DNA from: an uncultured Methanosarcinaceae archaeon
Lineage (GTDB): Archaea; Halobacteriota; Methanosarcinia; Methanosarcinales; Methanosarcinaceae
Assembly (NCBI GenBank): GCA_963721455.1
Contig: CAVRJG010000019.1
Coordinates: 90,091 to 154,090, forward strand
Length of the DNA stretch: 64,000 bases
Direction of reading: 5' to 3'
In this document: positions 1 through 10,847 of the stretch, in pieces
Layout of the letters: each line of letters opens with the position of its first letter
How positions within the stretch are numbered: the stretch's first letter is position 1
Made by a program: the position numbers and the translations under genes
Notes under the pieces: model-generated
The model's database searches: none
Seen by the model: only the letters and a program-made list of their open reading frames with translations
Told to the model about the DNA's origin: nothing

Positions 1-438
1 TCAAGTAGTATTTAGTTTTGGAGGTTGGTGCCCCCCAGATTCCCGCGCGATATCCAACGCACGGTACTCAGGGACATGTTCCGGTCTTCTGGTTTACACA
101 TACGTGACTGTCACACTCTATGGTCTGCCGTTCCAGGCAAGTTCGGTTTTACCGCGAGACGTTTGAACAGCCCTACAACACCACATTTCCCCGAAGGGAT
201 TCGGTTTGAACTGTGCCGGTTTCACTCGCCGTTACTCACGGCATCTCGTTTGATTTCTTTTCCTGCTCCTACTGAGATGTTTCAATTCGGAGCGTTCCCG
301 ATCATTACTGATCACTAGGGAGAGGTCCCATTCGGAAATCCCGGGTTCATTGGCTCCATGCACCTACCCCGGGCTTATCGCAGCTTGGCACGTCCTTCAT
401 CAGCTCTTGAGCCGAGCCATCCACCTGATAGCATAACT
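1..438 (-). rRNA. rrl: 23S rRNA, 5' portion (continues off the left edge; 5' end approximate)
   Basis: Reverse complement contains archaeal 23S 5' motifs GGTGGATGGCTCGGCTC, GCTGATGAAGGACGTG and GAATTGAAACATCTCAGTAG. Confidence 0.93.
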
Positions 439-625
439 CCTGTTACACCTAACCAGGTCCAGTTAGCGTTCAATATACAGCACCTATACATGACTTCATG
501 TACCTGAGTTTCCACACAGGCAATCCGTCCTTCCCCGAAAATTTACTTTCCGGGTGCATTAGAGAATGAAATGGTTTGAGGATTTGTCGGTTTATCGGCA
601 TCTGGGCGGTGGGTTTTTTATGCTT

Positions 626-2103
<1,478 letters not shown>

Positions 2104-2334
2104 TGTTATAGCACACTTGCTTGAAATTAAAGGTCTTGGTCGCAGAAACTTGCACTAACAACTATCAATTCAGTTATTCTAAGTTTCGCGATGATGTGTT
2201 TTTGTAAAAAACTCTCACCGCCCAGAATTAACCGAACCGACAAAATCCTCGTCAGACAGGAAATAACTCCTGGCTCCATTAAATGAGTAGTATTTGCTGC
2301 ATTTATGATGCAGGAAATTATAGTTACGCACGCA

Positions 2335-2472
2335 TAGTATATAAAGGTAGTTATTCGCCCTTAAACAAAGGAGAATTATCAACCAGATAACTATGAGAGA
2401 ACCTTCCAGCAAATTTGATGCCCATGCTGGAACGGGAAACATATATACATCAGTTGTAGTATATAAGTCTTT
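2335..2472 (-). promoter_or_regulatory. Tandem TATA-box promoters of the rRNA operon
   Basis: Minus-strand CTTTATATAC (~2337-2346) and AAAAGACTTATATAC (~2459-2473) upstream of the 16S leader. Confidence 0.5.
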
Positions 2473-2854
2473 TCATTCAGGAGACATTGTGAAAAAAAAC
2501 AAACTTAACAAATGAGAAAAACTTGTTTTATTTAGCCCCTGAATCCCACCCATGAATTAGAAATTCAAGAGCGACGCGCACTTGTTTTGTGCGTAGGACA
2601 TACAAAGACACATCTGATATAAATACCCATCGCCTATGCAAATACTTTGAAAAAAATAACAATCGAAAGGGAATGAGAAAAAATAAGAAGACGGCAGAAA
2701 AGCGCAGGATTAAAATAATATTAAAATAATAATAGAAAGTTAAAAGCTGCAGAACGAATAACCTTAAAGCCAGAAAAAAGACATATAAGAGCACTTAAAG
2801 GCATAAAAAGCACAATAATAATTAATTACAAACTACAGGTAATGAGGTATCACA

Positions 2855-3184
2855 CTGGCAGACTTAAAGAAACCTACATCCAAAGTCAAGCCCGAAACGG
2901 AAGAGACAGTTACAAGAATACGCACGCCGCGAAGGGATAATAACGAGATCCTGGCAACTGTAGAGAGTCTTCTTGGCGCAAACCGCCTGAGGCTCCGTTG
3001 CATGGATGGGGTCGTTCGTATGGGAAGAATCCCCGGTTCAATGAAGAAAAAAACCTGGATTCGAGAAGGAGACGTAGTCATTGTCGTGCCATGGGAATTC
3101 CAGAACGAAAAAGCAGATGTGGTCTGGAAGTACACGAGGCCACAGGTAGACTGGCTTGAAAGGAAAGGGTACCTGAAAGGATAA
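2855..3184 (+). CDS. eif1a: Translation initiation factor aIF1A, probable CTG start
   Basis: OB-fold motifs [37 protein letters not shown]; homologous N-terminus extends in frame to CTG at 2855, preceded by GAGGT. Confidence 0.9.
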   Translation: MADLKKPTSKVKPETEETVTRIRTPRRDNNEILATVESLLGANRLRLRCMDGVVRMGRIPGSMKKKTWIREGDVVIVVPWEFQNEKADVVWKYTRPQVDWLERKGYLKG

Positions 3185-3191
3185 CATAGGA

Positions 3192-3968
3192 ATGGACCAG
3201 GAAGAGAAAATAAGGCGCATTGACAGCGCTAAAGATAAGTCGCGTGCCAGGGAGAAAGACTCCGAGCGGCTGAGGGTAGAAGAAAACGTATTCGATGTCT
3301 CCACCCTTAAACTCCTTTACACTATCTCCAATAAGGGCATAATAAAGGCGCTGGGTGGATCTATCAGTACTGGAAAAGAAGCGAATGTATTCTATGCGGA
3401 AGGCCCGGAAAAGGAGCTGGCAGTAAAAATATATCGAATTACCAGCAGCACTTTCGCGGCTATGGACGTCTACATCATGAAGGACCCTCGCTTCACAAAC
3501 ATCCGAAATAACAAGCGAGATATAATTTTTGCATGGACACGCAAGGAATTCCAGAACCTGAAACGTGCAAAAAGTGCAGGAGTCAGGGTCCCGGAGCCAG
3601 TGCTCGCCGAGAAAAATATTCTTATCATGGAATTTATGGGGGAAAAAGGGGTACCATACCCCCTACTAAAGAATACGCCTCTTGAAGGGGATGAGGTAAA
3701 ACTTGTTTATGACACAATCGTCGAATACATGCGCCTCCTTTATAAAGAAGCGAAGCTTGTACATGCCGATCTGAGCGAATATAACATCCTGATTGACCCA
3801 AACGACGTGACTCCCATATTTATTGACATGGGGCAATCCGTGACCCTGGAACATCCTAACGCCCGAGAATTCCTCTACAGGGACGTGCAAAATATACTCA
3901 GGTTCTTCAGCCGCTACGGGATCAGGGACAAACCTGAAGAACTGCTTACAAAAATACAGGCGGAATAA
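3192..3968 (+). CDS. rio1: RIO1-type serine kinase
   Basis: ISTGKEANVF, AVKIYR, LVHADLSEYNIL and IDMGQSV motifs; conserved aIF1A-RIO1-KH order. Confidence 0.93.
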   Translation: MDQEEKIRRIDSAKDKSRAREKDSERLRVEENVFDVSTLKLLYTISNKGIIKALGGSISTGKEANVFYAEGPEKELAVKIYRITSSTFAAMDVYIMKDPRFTNIRNNKRDIIFAWTRKEFQNLKRAKSAGVRVPEPVLAEKNILIMEFMGEKGVPYPLLKNTPLEGDEVKLVYDTIVEYMRLLYKEAKLVHADLSEYNILIDPNDVTPIFIDMGQSVTLEHPNAREFLYRDVQNILRFFSRYGIRDKPEELLTKIQAE

Positions 3969-3970
3969 CA

Positions 3971-4519
3971 ATGACTCAGTATGTCAAAATCCCCAAAGAA
4001 AGAGTAGGAGTAATCATAGGTCCGAAAGGAGAAACAAAAAAGTTTATTGAGGACAAAACCGCGTGTCAACTGGACATTGACAGCGAAAGTGGAAAAATAG
4101 ATGTCACCTGTGAAGGAGATCCGTTAAAAGAATACAGAATTCTTGAAACCCTCAAAGCGATAGGAAGAGGCTTCAGCCCCGAAAAAGCCCTTGAACTTCT
4201 AGAAGACGAAATGCTTATGCTTGAGGTCATTGACCTATCAGATGTTGCTACTACCCCAAAAGAGCTCCAGAGAATAAAAGGCAGGATCATAGGAAGAAAT
4301 GGAAGAACCAGAGAGCTTGCAGAAACCCTGATAAACGTCAAGATTTCAGTATACGGAAAAACCGTATGCATACTTGGACACCCTGAACAGAACACTGTAG
4401 TACGGACAGCCATAAAGATGCTACTCGACGGGGCCACCCACGGTGCAGTCTACAAATTTCTGGAAAAAAAGCATCAGGAACTTATGCAGTCCCGCCTAGA
4501 CTCGATTGACTTTTATTAA
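3971..4519 (+). CDS. KH-domain RNA-processing protein (Dim2/Pno1-like)
   Basis: IIGPKG and GRIIGRNG KH GxxG loops, AIGRGFSPE, GATHGAVYKFLE. Confidence 0.9.
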   Translation: MTQYVKIPKERVGVIIGPKGETKKFIEDKTACQLDIDSESGKIDVTCEGDPLKEYRILETLKAIGRGFSPEKALELLEDEMLMLEVIDLSDVATTPKELQRIKGRIIGRNGRTRELAETLINVKISVYGKTVCILGHPEQNTVVRTAIKMLLDGATHGAVYKFLEKKHQELMQSRLDSIDFY

Positions 4520-4765
4520 AAACGAAGAAAAGCCAATCTCCAGGAATTATAAACATTATTTAACTCTCCTGGAGACTGACTTTATTTAGTATATAAATTT
4601 ATATTGAATCCAATAGTCACTTCAAGCTACTTTCGGCGAACAACTCCCCCTAAATTCTTCGCCTTACGGCTCAGTATTATGAAGAAGAGGACTTCCCGCC
4701 TTATTGTCAAACAATTTTCATTTTTTGCTTAACCTTCTCGGGACCCTTTTCTTCAGTCCTGTGTT

Positions 4766-6160
4766 TCACTCAGCCTCTTCAGAGTTTTCTTCGTCATCCT
4801 CCGATAGTTTTCCTATTCCTTTCAGGAAACTGCCCCTTCCAGGTTTTGCATTGATCGATTCTTCAATCCAGATTACTTCGCCCCTAGAGAGAGTATACCG
4901 GGGGAAAACCCCATCCATACCCTCAAAGGGAGTCCAGCCCGCTTTACTGTGCAATAACTCGGCCCTTATAGGTCGAAGCTCGCGGGGATTTACAATAATC
5001 AGATCGGCATCAAACCCCACCTCAAGCCTGCCTTTGGATTGGCGGTCCAGTCTGAAGGCTTTTGCCGGATTCCAGCTTGTAAGCATGATCATCCGTGAAA
5101 GCGGCAGGATATTTTTTCGGACTGCAGCAAGCATGAGAGGCATAAGGGTCTCAACCCCGGGCACCCCCGACGGAGCAAATTTTATATCAACGTCCTTTTC
5201 GGATTCAAGATGTGGGGCATGATCCGAAGCCACCATATCAATAGTTCCGTCATTTATCCCATTTACAAGGGCTTTGATACTGTGGCTTCCCCGGAGAGGC
5301 GGATTCATTTTGCCAAAAGACCTGAGCCTTTCCCAGTCCCGTGTAGAGAGAAAAAGGTGATGAGGAGTAACTTCACAGGTAAAAAGAGGCTCTCTGTCCT
5401 CCCGTCTTGCAAGATATTTCTCTTTTCTTATCATGCCTGTAGCTTCAAGAGTACTGATATGGCAGAAATGCGCCCTTACTTTCAGTTCGGAAATAAGCTC
5501 CAGGGCTTTTTGAACAGCAGCCGCTTCACATGCGTTGGGACGCACTCTTGAATGGTACTCACAGGAAATATCCCCTTTTAACAGCTCTTCCAGCTCCAGG
5601 CGCATCTTATCGTCTTCGGCATGTATTGTCGCAAGGGCCCCAAGACTTTTGATCTCGACAAGGGCTTCTTCAAAGGTTTCTTCATTGATATTTAGCCCTC
5701 CTGTAGACTCGGCCATGAAGATTTCCCCAAAAGCAGTAACCCCCAGTTTCCAGAGTTCTTCTAATTTCTCTATATTGCCCGTTACCCCACCATTGATCCC
5801 GAAGTCGACAATAGACTTTCCGCTGGCAAGTTTAAGTTTTTGTTCGAAAGACCGCCTCTCGGTTGTGGGAGGGACTGTATTGGGCTGATCGATGACAGTA
5901 GTAATTCCTCCCGCAGCTGCCGCACACGAGCCCGTGTACCAGTTTTCCTTTGCAGTCATGCCGGGTTCCCTGAAATGAACATGCACGTCAATGCCGGCAG
6001 GCAGGGTAAGAGCACCGCCTGCATCTATAACCATATCCGAGCTCGATACCCTGAGATCTTTTCCGATTTTAGTAACTTTGCCGCCCTCAATAATGATCTC
6101 GGCAGGCTGAAGAGAATTATTGTAATAAATCCTTGTATTTTTGATAAGAACATCAGGCAT
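4766..6160 (-). CDS. pyrC: Dihydroorotase
   Basis: DVHVHFREPG, EVTPHHL, KMNPPLR and ASDHAPH motifs. Confidence 0.9.
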   Translation of the reverse strand: MPDVLIKNTRIYYNNSLQPAEIIIEGGKVTKIGKDLRVSSSDMVIDAGGALTLPAGIDVHVHFREPGMTAKENWYTGSCAAAAGGITTVIDQPNTVPPTTERRSFEQKLKLASGKSIVDFGINGGVTGNIEKLEELWKLGVTAFGEIFMAESTGGLNINEETFEEALVEIKSLGALATIHAEDDKMRLELEELLKGDISCEYHSRVRPNACEAAAVQKALELISELKVRAHFCHISTLEATGMIRKEKYLARREDREPLFTCEVTPHHLFLSTRDWERLRSFGKMNPPLRGSHSIKALVNGINDGTIDMVASDHAPHLESEKDVDIKFAPSGVPGVETLMPLMLAAVRKNILPLSRMIMLTSWNPAKAFRLDRQSKGRLEVGFDADLIIVNPRELRPIRAELLHSKAGWTPFEGMDGVFPRYTLSRGEVIWIEESINAKPGRGSFLKGIGKLSEDDEENSEEAE

Positions 6161-6328
6161 GGGCGTCTATATGCTTAGAAATGTACTTAAAATATGCACA
6201 TCAAGAAGAAGTAAGAAATAGGAGAAAGGAGAAACAAAAGAAAAAATACACAGGAAAAAGCTATCAGACGCATTGAAAGTAAAAAATAAAATAAAACAGA
6301 GTAAAGACCTGGCGGTCAAAAAGTCTGT

Positions 6329-6979
6329 TCAATTTAGTTTGATACGTTCAGCTGTTGTAAGATAGACAACACTTTCACATATATTACAGCAATGATCTGC
6401 AATTCTTTCAATATAGCGAATCAGGAAAAGTAAATAGGTAGCTTTGGAAACGATGCTCGTATCTTTTGCCATCATTTCTATCAACTCAACCCAGACTGCG
6501 TAAAAGAGCTTATCGACCTCTTCATCCCGGGATGCTACCGTTCTTGCGAGTTCTGCGTCTTGAGTCTTGAAAGCCTTGATGGAGTTCTCAAGCATGTATG
6601 CTGCGATATCTGCCATTCTTTTCGTATCTATAAGAGGTTTTATATGCCCACCTTCGATTTTTCCAGGGATTTTGGCAATATTCATTGATAAACCCAAAAT
6701 CCTTCTGAGGTCGGCCGTGATCTTGAGAGCAGACACTACAAGCCGGAGATCGCTAGCCATGGGCTGCTGAAGTGCAAGAAGGTCAAAAATAGAAGCCTCA
6801 ATTCCCCCTTCAAGTTTATCCACTTCTTCCTCAAGAGCAAGCGTTTTTGCAGCAAGCTTGACATCAAGATCTATAACTGCAACTATCGAATCTTTAAAAG
6901 CCAGCTCAACGGTTTCTCCAAGAGAAAATACGGATTCTTTGAGCAGATCCAGCTGCTTCATATATTGTTCTCGAGCCAT
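6329..6979 (-). CDS. phoU: Phosphate signalling protein PhoU
   Basis: QQPMASDLR and ERIADHCCNICE; directly after pstB; ATG at 6979 follows GGTGA. Confidence 0.93.
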   Translation of the reverse strand: MAREQYMKQLDLLKESVFSLGETVELAFKDSIVAVIDLDVKLAAKTLALEEEVDKLEGGIEASIFDLLALQQPMASDLRLVVSALKITADLRRILGLSMNIAKIPGKIEGGHIKPLIDTKRMADIAAYMLENSIKAFKTQDAELARTVASRDEEVDKLFYAVWVELIEMMAKDTSIVSKATYLLFLIRYIERIADHCCNICESVVYLTTAERIKLN

Positions 6980-6984
6980 TTTAA

Positions 6985-7761
6985 TCACCCAAACCTGCCT
7001 GTAATATAATCCTCAGTACTCTGTTCCCTTGGATTTTGAAAAATCTGCCTTGTCTGACCGAACTCAATCAATTCCCCTGTAAGGAAAAATCCGGTGTAAT
7101 CTGCTACTCTGGCTGCCTGTTGCATATTATGAGTTACGATTACTATGGTATAATCTTTTTTAAGGTTCATGATAAGATCTTCAATCTTCGAAGTGGAAAT
7201 AGGATCAAGAGCACTGCAGGGCTCATCGAAAAGAATGATTTCGGGTTTCACTGCCAGAGTCCTGGCAATGCAGAGCCTCTGCTGCTGCCCGCCGCTCAAG
7301 GAAAGGGCAGGTGACTTGAGTCGGTCTGAGACTTCATCCCAGATGGCAGCCGAATGAAGGGCACCCTCGACAACCCCGTCCACCTCTTTCTTACTTATAC
7401 CATGAATGCGCGGACCATAGGCAATATTGTCATAAATGGACATAGGGAAAGGGTTGGGTTTCTGGAAAACCATGCCCACCTTTTTTCGAAGGTCAACAAC
7501 ATCCACATCTGGTCCGTAGATATTCTTGCCTTCAATTGAAACTTTACCTTCGATCCTGCAGTTTTTGATAAGATCGTTCATCCTGTTTAAACAACGGATG
7601 AAAGTGGACTTGCCGCAGCCTGAAGGACCTATAAGAGCGGTTACGCTGTTTTTGGGGATATGCATGGAGATATCCTTAAGAGCCTGCTTTTCCCCATACC
7701 ACAGATTCAAGTTTTCTACTTCTATCTGGGGATGAGCTACGTTTTGAACAGCTTCAGTCAT
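6985..7761 (-). CDS. pstB: Phosphate ABC transporter ATPase
   Basis: [32 protein letters not shown]-terminal YITGRFG. Confidence 0.96.
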   Translation of the reverse strand: MTEAVQNVAHPQIEVENLNLWYGEKQALKDISMHIPKNSVTALIGPSGCGKSTFIRCLNRMNDLIKNCRIEGKVSIEGKNIYGPDVDVVDLRKKVGMVFQKPNPFPMSIYDNIAYGPRIHGISKKEVDGVVEGALHSAAIWDEVSDRLKSPALSLSGGQQQRLCIARTLAVKPEIILFDEPCSALDPISTSKIEDLIMNLKKDYTIVIVTHNMQQAARVADYTGFFLTGELIEFGQTRQIFQNPREQSTEDYITGRFG

Positions 7762-7814
7762 TTATGGACCTCAATTATTATATAAACGCTGATACTTTAA
7801 TAATAAAACCCCAA

Positions 7815-8672
7815 TCAGATTTGCAATTTTTGCCTGTAATGCCTGCGAATCAGAACAGCTATGATGTTCAAACTCAGCACTATCATTAACAGGACGAGAG
7901 CAGTTCCATACTGAAGGGGCCTTGTTTTGGCAATATTTGTTCCGGAAGTTGCCAGCACGAAGAGATGGTAGGGAAGAGCCATGAACTGAGAATGGATCGA
8001 ATCAGGCAGTCTCGGCAGGTAGTAAGCGGCGCCTGTAAGAAGAATCGGAGCGGTTTCTCCTGCAACCCTCCCTATGCTCAGGACTGACCCTGTAACAATT
8101 CCCGGAATGGCAGCCGGCAGTACCACATGCCTGATGGTTTGCCATTTGCTGATCCCAAGTGCAAGGGAGGATTCCCGATACTCTTTCGGGACAGCAATCA
8201 GGGCTTCTTCAGTGGAACGGATAATCACCGGGATAATCAGGAGAGCAAGTGTAAGGGAAGCCGAAAGTATGGAAGGGCCAAAACCAAAATATTTCACAAA
8301 TAATGCCAGCCCGAAAAGCCCGAAGACCACTGAAGGAGTCCCTGCAAGGTTATTGATTGCCATTTCGATTAGCCAGGTGGTCCGGGTTTTTTCTGCATAT
8401 TCATTCAGGTATATAGCAGCCATAATCCCCATCGGAAGGGCCACGCTCATTGACCCTATAATCAGAGCTAGAGTACCCACGATTGCCGGGTAGATCCCGC
8501 CTTGGGTCATCATCCGGCTGGGCATTTGAGTAAGGAACTCGATATTGATTGCCCCATATCCGTTCGAAATAATGTAAGCCAGGATAATCAGCACAAAACC
8601 TGCGACTGTCAATGTAGCAAGAGTCAGCAGGGAAAAAGCGATTTTTTCACTTGTTTTTGAACTCAAACCCAT
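7815..8672 (-). CDS. pstA: Phosphate ABC transporter permease PstA
   Basis: LAGTPSVVFGLFG and GRVAGETAP; multi-TM; operon context. Confidence 0.93.
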   Translation of the reverse strand: MGLSSKTSEKIAFSLLTLATLTVAGFVLIILAYIISNGYGAINIEFLTQMPSRMMTQGGIYPAIVGTLALIIGSMSVALPMGIMAAIYLNEYAEKTRTTWLIEMAINNLAGTPSVVFGLFGLALFVKYFGFGPSILSASLTLALLIIPVIIRSTEEALIAVPKEYRESSLALGISKWQTIRHVVLPAAIPGIVTGSVLSIGRVAGETAPILLTGAAYYLPRLPDSIHSQFMALPYHLFVLATSGTNIAKTRPLQYGTALVLLMIVLSLNIIAVLIRRHYRQKLQI

Positions 8673-8674
8673 GA

Positions 8675-9565
8675 TCAGTCCACCTTAAAACGGTATTTCT
8701 TTTTGATCGAATCCGCAACCACGTTAATCAGGAAAGTGACGATGAAAAGTACAGACCCGACAGCAAAGAGGGCATGGAAGTGAGCACTGCCCTGGGGAAC
8801 CTCCCCCATTTCAAGCGCTATTGTGGCAGTCATTGTCCTCACAGGACCCAGAAATCCCCCTGGGAAAGAGGGAATTACTGCAGCATTTCCAGTTACCATC
8901 ATAAGAGTCATGGTCTCCCCTATAGCCCTTCCCACGCCAAGCATTACTGCCGCTGAAATCCCGGAAAGAGCTGCAGGAATTATGACCTTGTATATAGTCT
9001 GCCACCTCGTAGCCCCAAGAGCAAGCGAACCCTGCTTGATGGTGCTGGGAACCGAGCTTATTGCGTCTTCTGAGATGGTAATGATTGTGGGAAGCGCCAT
9101 AATCCCGAGCATAATAGAACCTGTAAGGGCAGTTTGTCCAGTAGGCAAGTTGAAAGCATCCTGTACAAGAGGGACAAGAACAACAAGCCCAAAGAATCCA
9201 AATACAACCGAAGGAATGCCTGCAAGAATTTCAATAAAGGGTTTCAGAAAATCCGCAACCTTCGGGTGGGCGATCTCGGAGATATAGACAGCAGAAGCAA
9301 TCCCCAGAGGCACAGCAAAAAGGATTGCTCCGACAGTCACAATAACGGAGCCGAAAAACAGAGGCAATAGCCCGAACTGCTTATTTACGGATGTCGGGTA
9401 CCAGAACTTCCCTGTGAGAAAATCCAGAAGAGAAGTGTCTTTAAAAAGAAGTAAACTGTCCCTGAATAAAAAGAGGCATATAAGGAAAAGGATAACGACC
9501 GTAAGGATGCTGACTGAGAAAAGCACAGATTCGATTGCTTTTTCCTTATAGTTCCTGTTAAACAT
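8675..9565 (-). CDS. pstC: Phosphate ABC transporter permease PstC
   Basis: LAGIPSVVFG and GRAIGETM; multi-TM. Confidence 0.93.
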   Translation of the reverse strand: MFNRNYKEKAIESVLFSVSILTVVILFLICLFLFRDSLLLFKDTSLLDFLTGKFWYPTSVNKQFGLLPLFFGSVIVTVGAILFAVPLGIASAVYISEIAHPKVADFLKPFIEILAGIPSVVFGFFGLVVLVPLVQDAFNLPTGQTALTGSIMLGIMALPTIITISEDAISSVPSTIKQGSLALGATRWQTIYKVIIPAALSGISAAVMLGVGRAIGETMTLMMVTGNAAVIPSFPGGFLGPVRTMTATIALEMGEVPQGSAHFHALFAVGSVLFIVTFLINVVADSIKKKYRFKVD

Positions 9566-9593
9566 GTTTTATCCTTGAAATATTTTATTACTT

Positions 9594-10487
9594 TTACTTC
9601 TTTATCGGGAAGTACCCGACTTCACTCACCAGATTCTGCCCCTTCTCACTCATCACAAAGTCGATAAATTCTTTTGTGAGGCCTGAGGGTTCTCCATTGG
9701 TGTAGAAGTAGAGAGGCCTTGAAAGAGGGTATGCACCACTGATGATGTTTTCAGGACTTGGAGCTTCAGAGCCATTTCCTGCATCCAGGTTTAAAGCCTT
9801 TACGCTTTCATCGAGATATGCAACGCCGACGTATCCTATTGCGCCGGGATTCTGAGAAATTTCACCCACAATTCCCCCTGTAGCAGGCTGGGTAAGGGCG
9901 TCAGGTCTGTATTCATCCCCGAGCAAAATAGCTTCCTTGAAGTATTCATAGGTTCCGGAACTGCTGTCCCTGGAAATTACGGTAATGGTTGAATCGGTCC
10001 CGCCAACTTCCTTCCAGTTGCTGATGCTCCCGTTGTAGATTCCGCGAAGCTGGGCAAAGGTAAGTCCAGAAACAGGATTTTTTGGATTTACAATCACTGT
10101 GATGCCATCGTAGGCAATAGTATGCTCTACAGGTTTGACTCCATTTGCTTCAGCGGCTTTGATTTCGTCAGTTTTCATTTCTCTGGACGCGGTAGCAATA
10201 TCCACTTCGCCGTCAACGAGAGCCGCAATCCCAACACCGGATCCGCCTCCAGTGACCGTTACAATTTTCCCCGGGTTTTCATTCAAGAATTCTTCAGCTT
10301 CAGCCTGTGCAAGAGGAAGAACTGTATCTGAACCTTTCAGAAAGATACCTTCGGATTCGCCGGCAGGAGTTTTTTCTGCTGGAGAAGAGCCTTCACCGTT
10401 TTCACTTCCAGTACATCCGATTCCTAGAAACACAAGTCCGATCACCAGTAATAGGAGAATTGTGTAGCTTTTTAATTTATTTGCCAT
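9594..10487 (-). CDS. pstS: Phosphate-binding lipoprotein PstS
   Basis: Signal peptide with GIGC lipobox, GSDTV, GGGSGVG, SRDSSSGT, YPLSRPLY. Confidence 0.93.
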   Translation of the reverse strand: MANKLKSYTILLLLVIGLVFLGIGCTGSENGEGSSPAEKTPAGESEGIFLKGSDTVLPLAQAEAEEFLNENPGKIVTVTGGGSGVGIAALVDGEVDIATASREMKTDEIKAAEANGVKPVEHTIAYDGITVIVNPKNPVSGLTFAQLRGIYNGSISNWKEVGGTDSTITVISRDSSSGTYEYFKEAILLGDEYRPDALTQPATGGIVGEISQNPGAIGYVGVAYLDESVKALNLDAGNGSEAPSPENIISGAYPLSRPLYFYTNGEPSGLTKEFIDFVMSEKGQNLVSEVGYFPIKK

Positions 10488-10847
10488 ATTGGAGACACTC
10501 CTTTAAACAATAATGAGTCAATAATCTAAATCCATCTAAGTTGTTACCAGTACAATGCATAATAAAAGAGAGAGATATATAAAGATTCGCCACATATAAT
10601 ATAGTGAAGTATATACGGGTTAGAAGTATGGAATGAAATAGTATAATATATATATTCTATATAAAATATAGACAAAATGAAAAATAGCGTTAAGAAAAAT
10701 TAATATAAGAGTTTAGTGGCAGGCAAAAGAAATGAATTGAAGTCCGGAAACAGAAGGAAAAAAGAGGTAAAAGGCGAAGGCCTGAATGTGTAAAAGAATC
10801 CGGAATACTTAAAAAATTGATGAAATTCAGGACAGAAAAGAACAAAA

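Noticed and set aside
439-625. tRNA-Ala in the 16S-23S spacer
   Set aside because: The spacer is short and shows no cloverleaf or T-arm motif.
4590-4760. Possible repeat element or sRNA between the convergent KH and pyrC genes
   Set aside because: No second copy in the window and no convincing structure; cannot be supported without a search.
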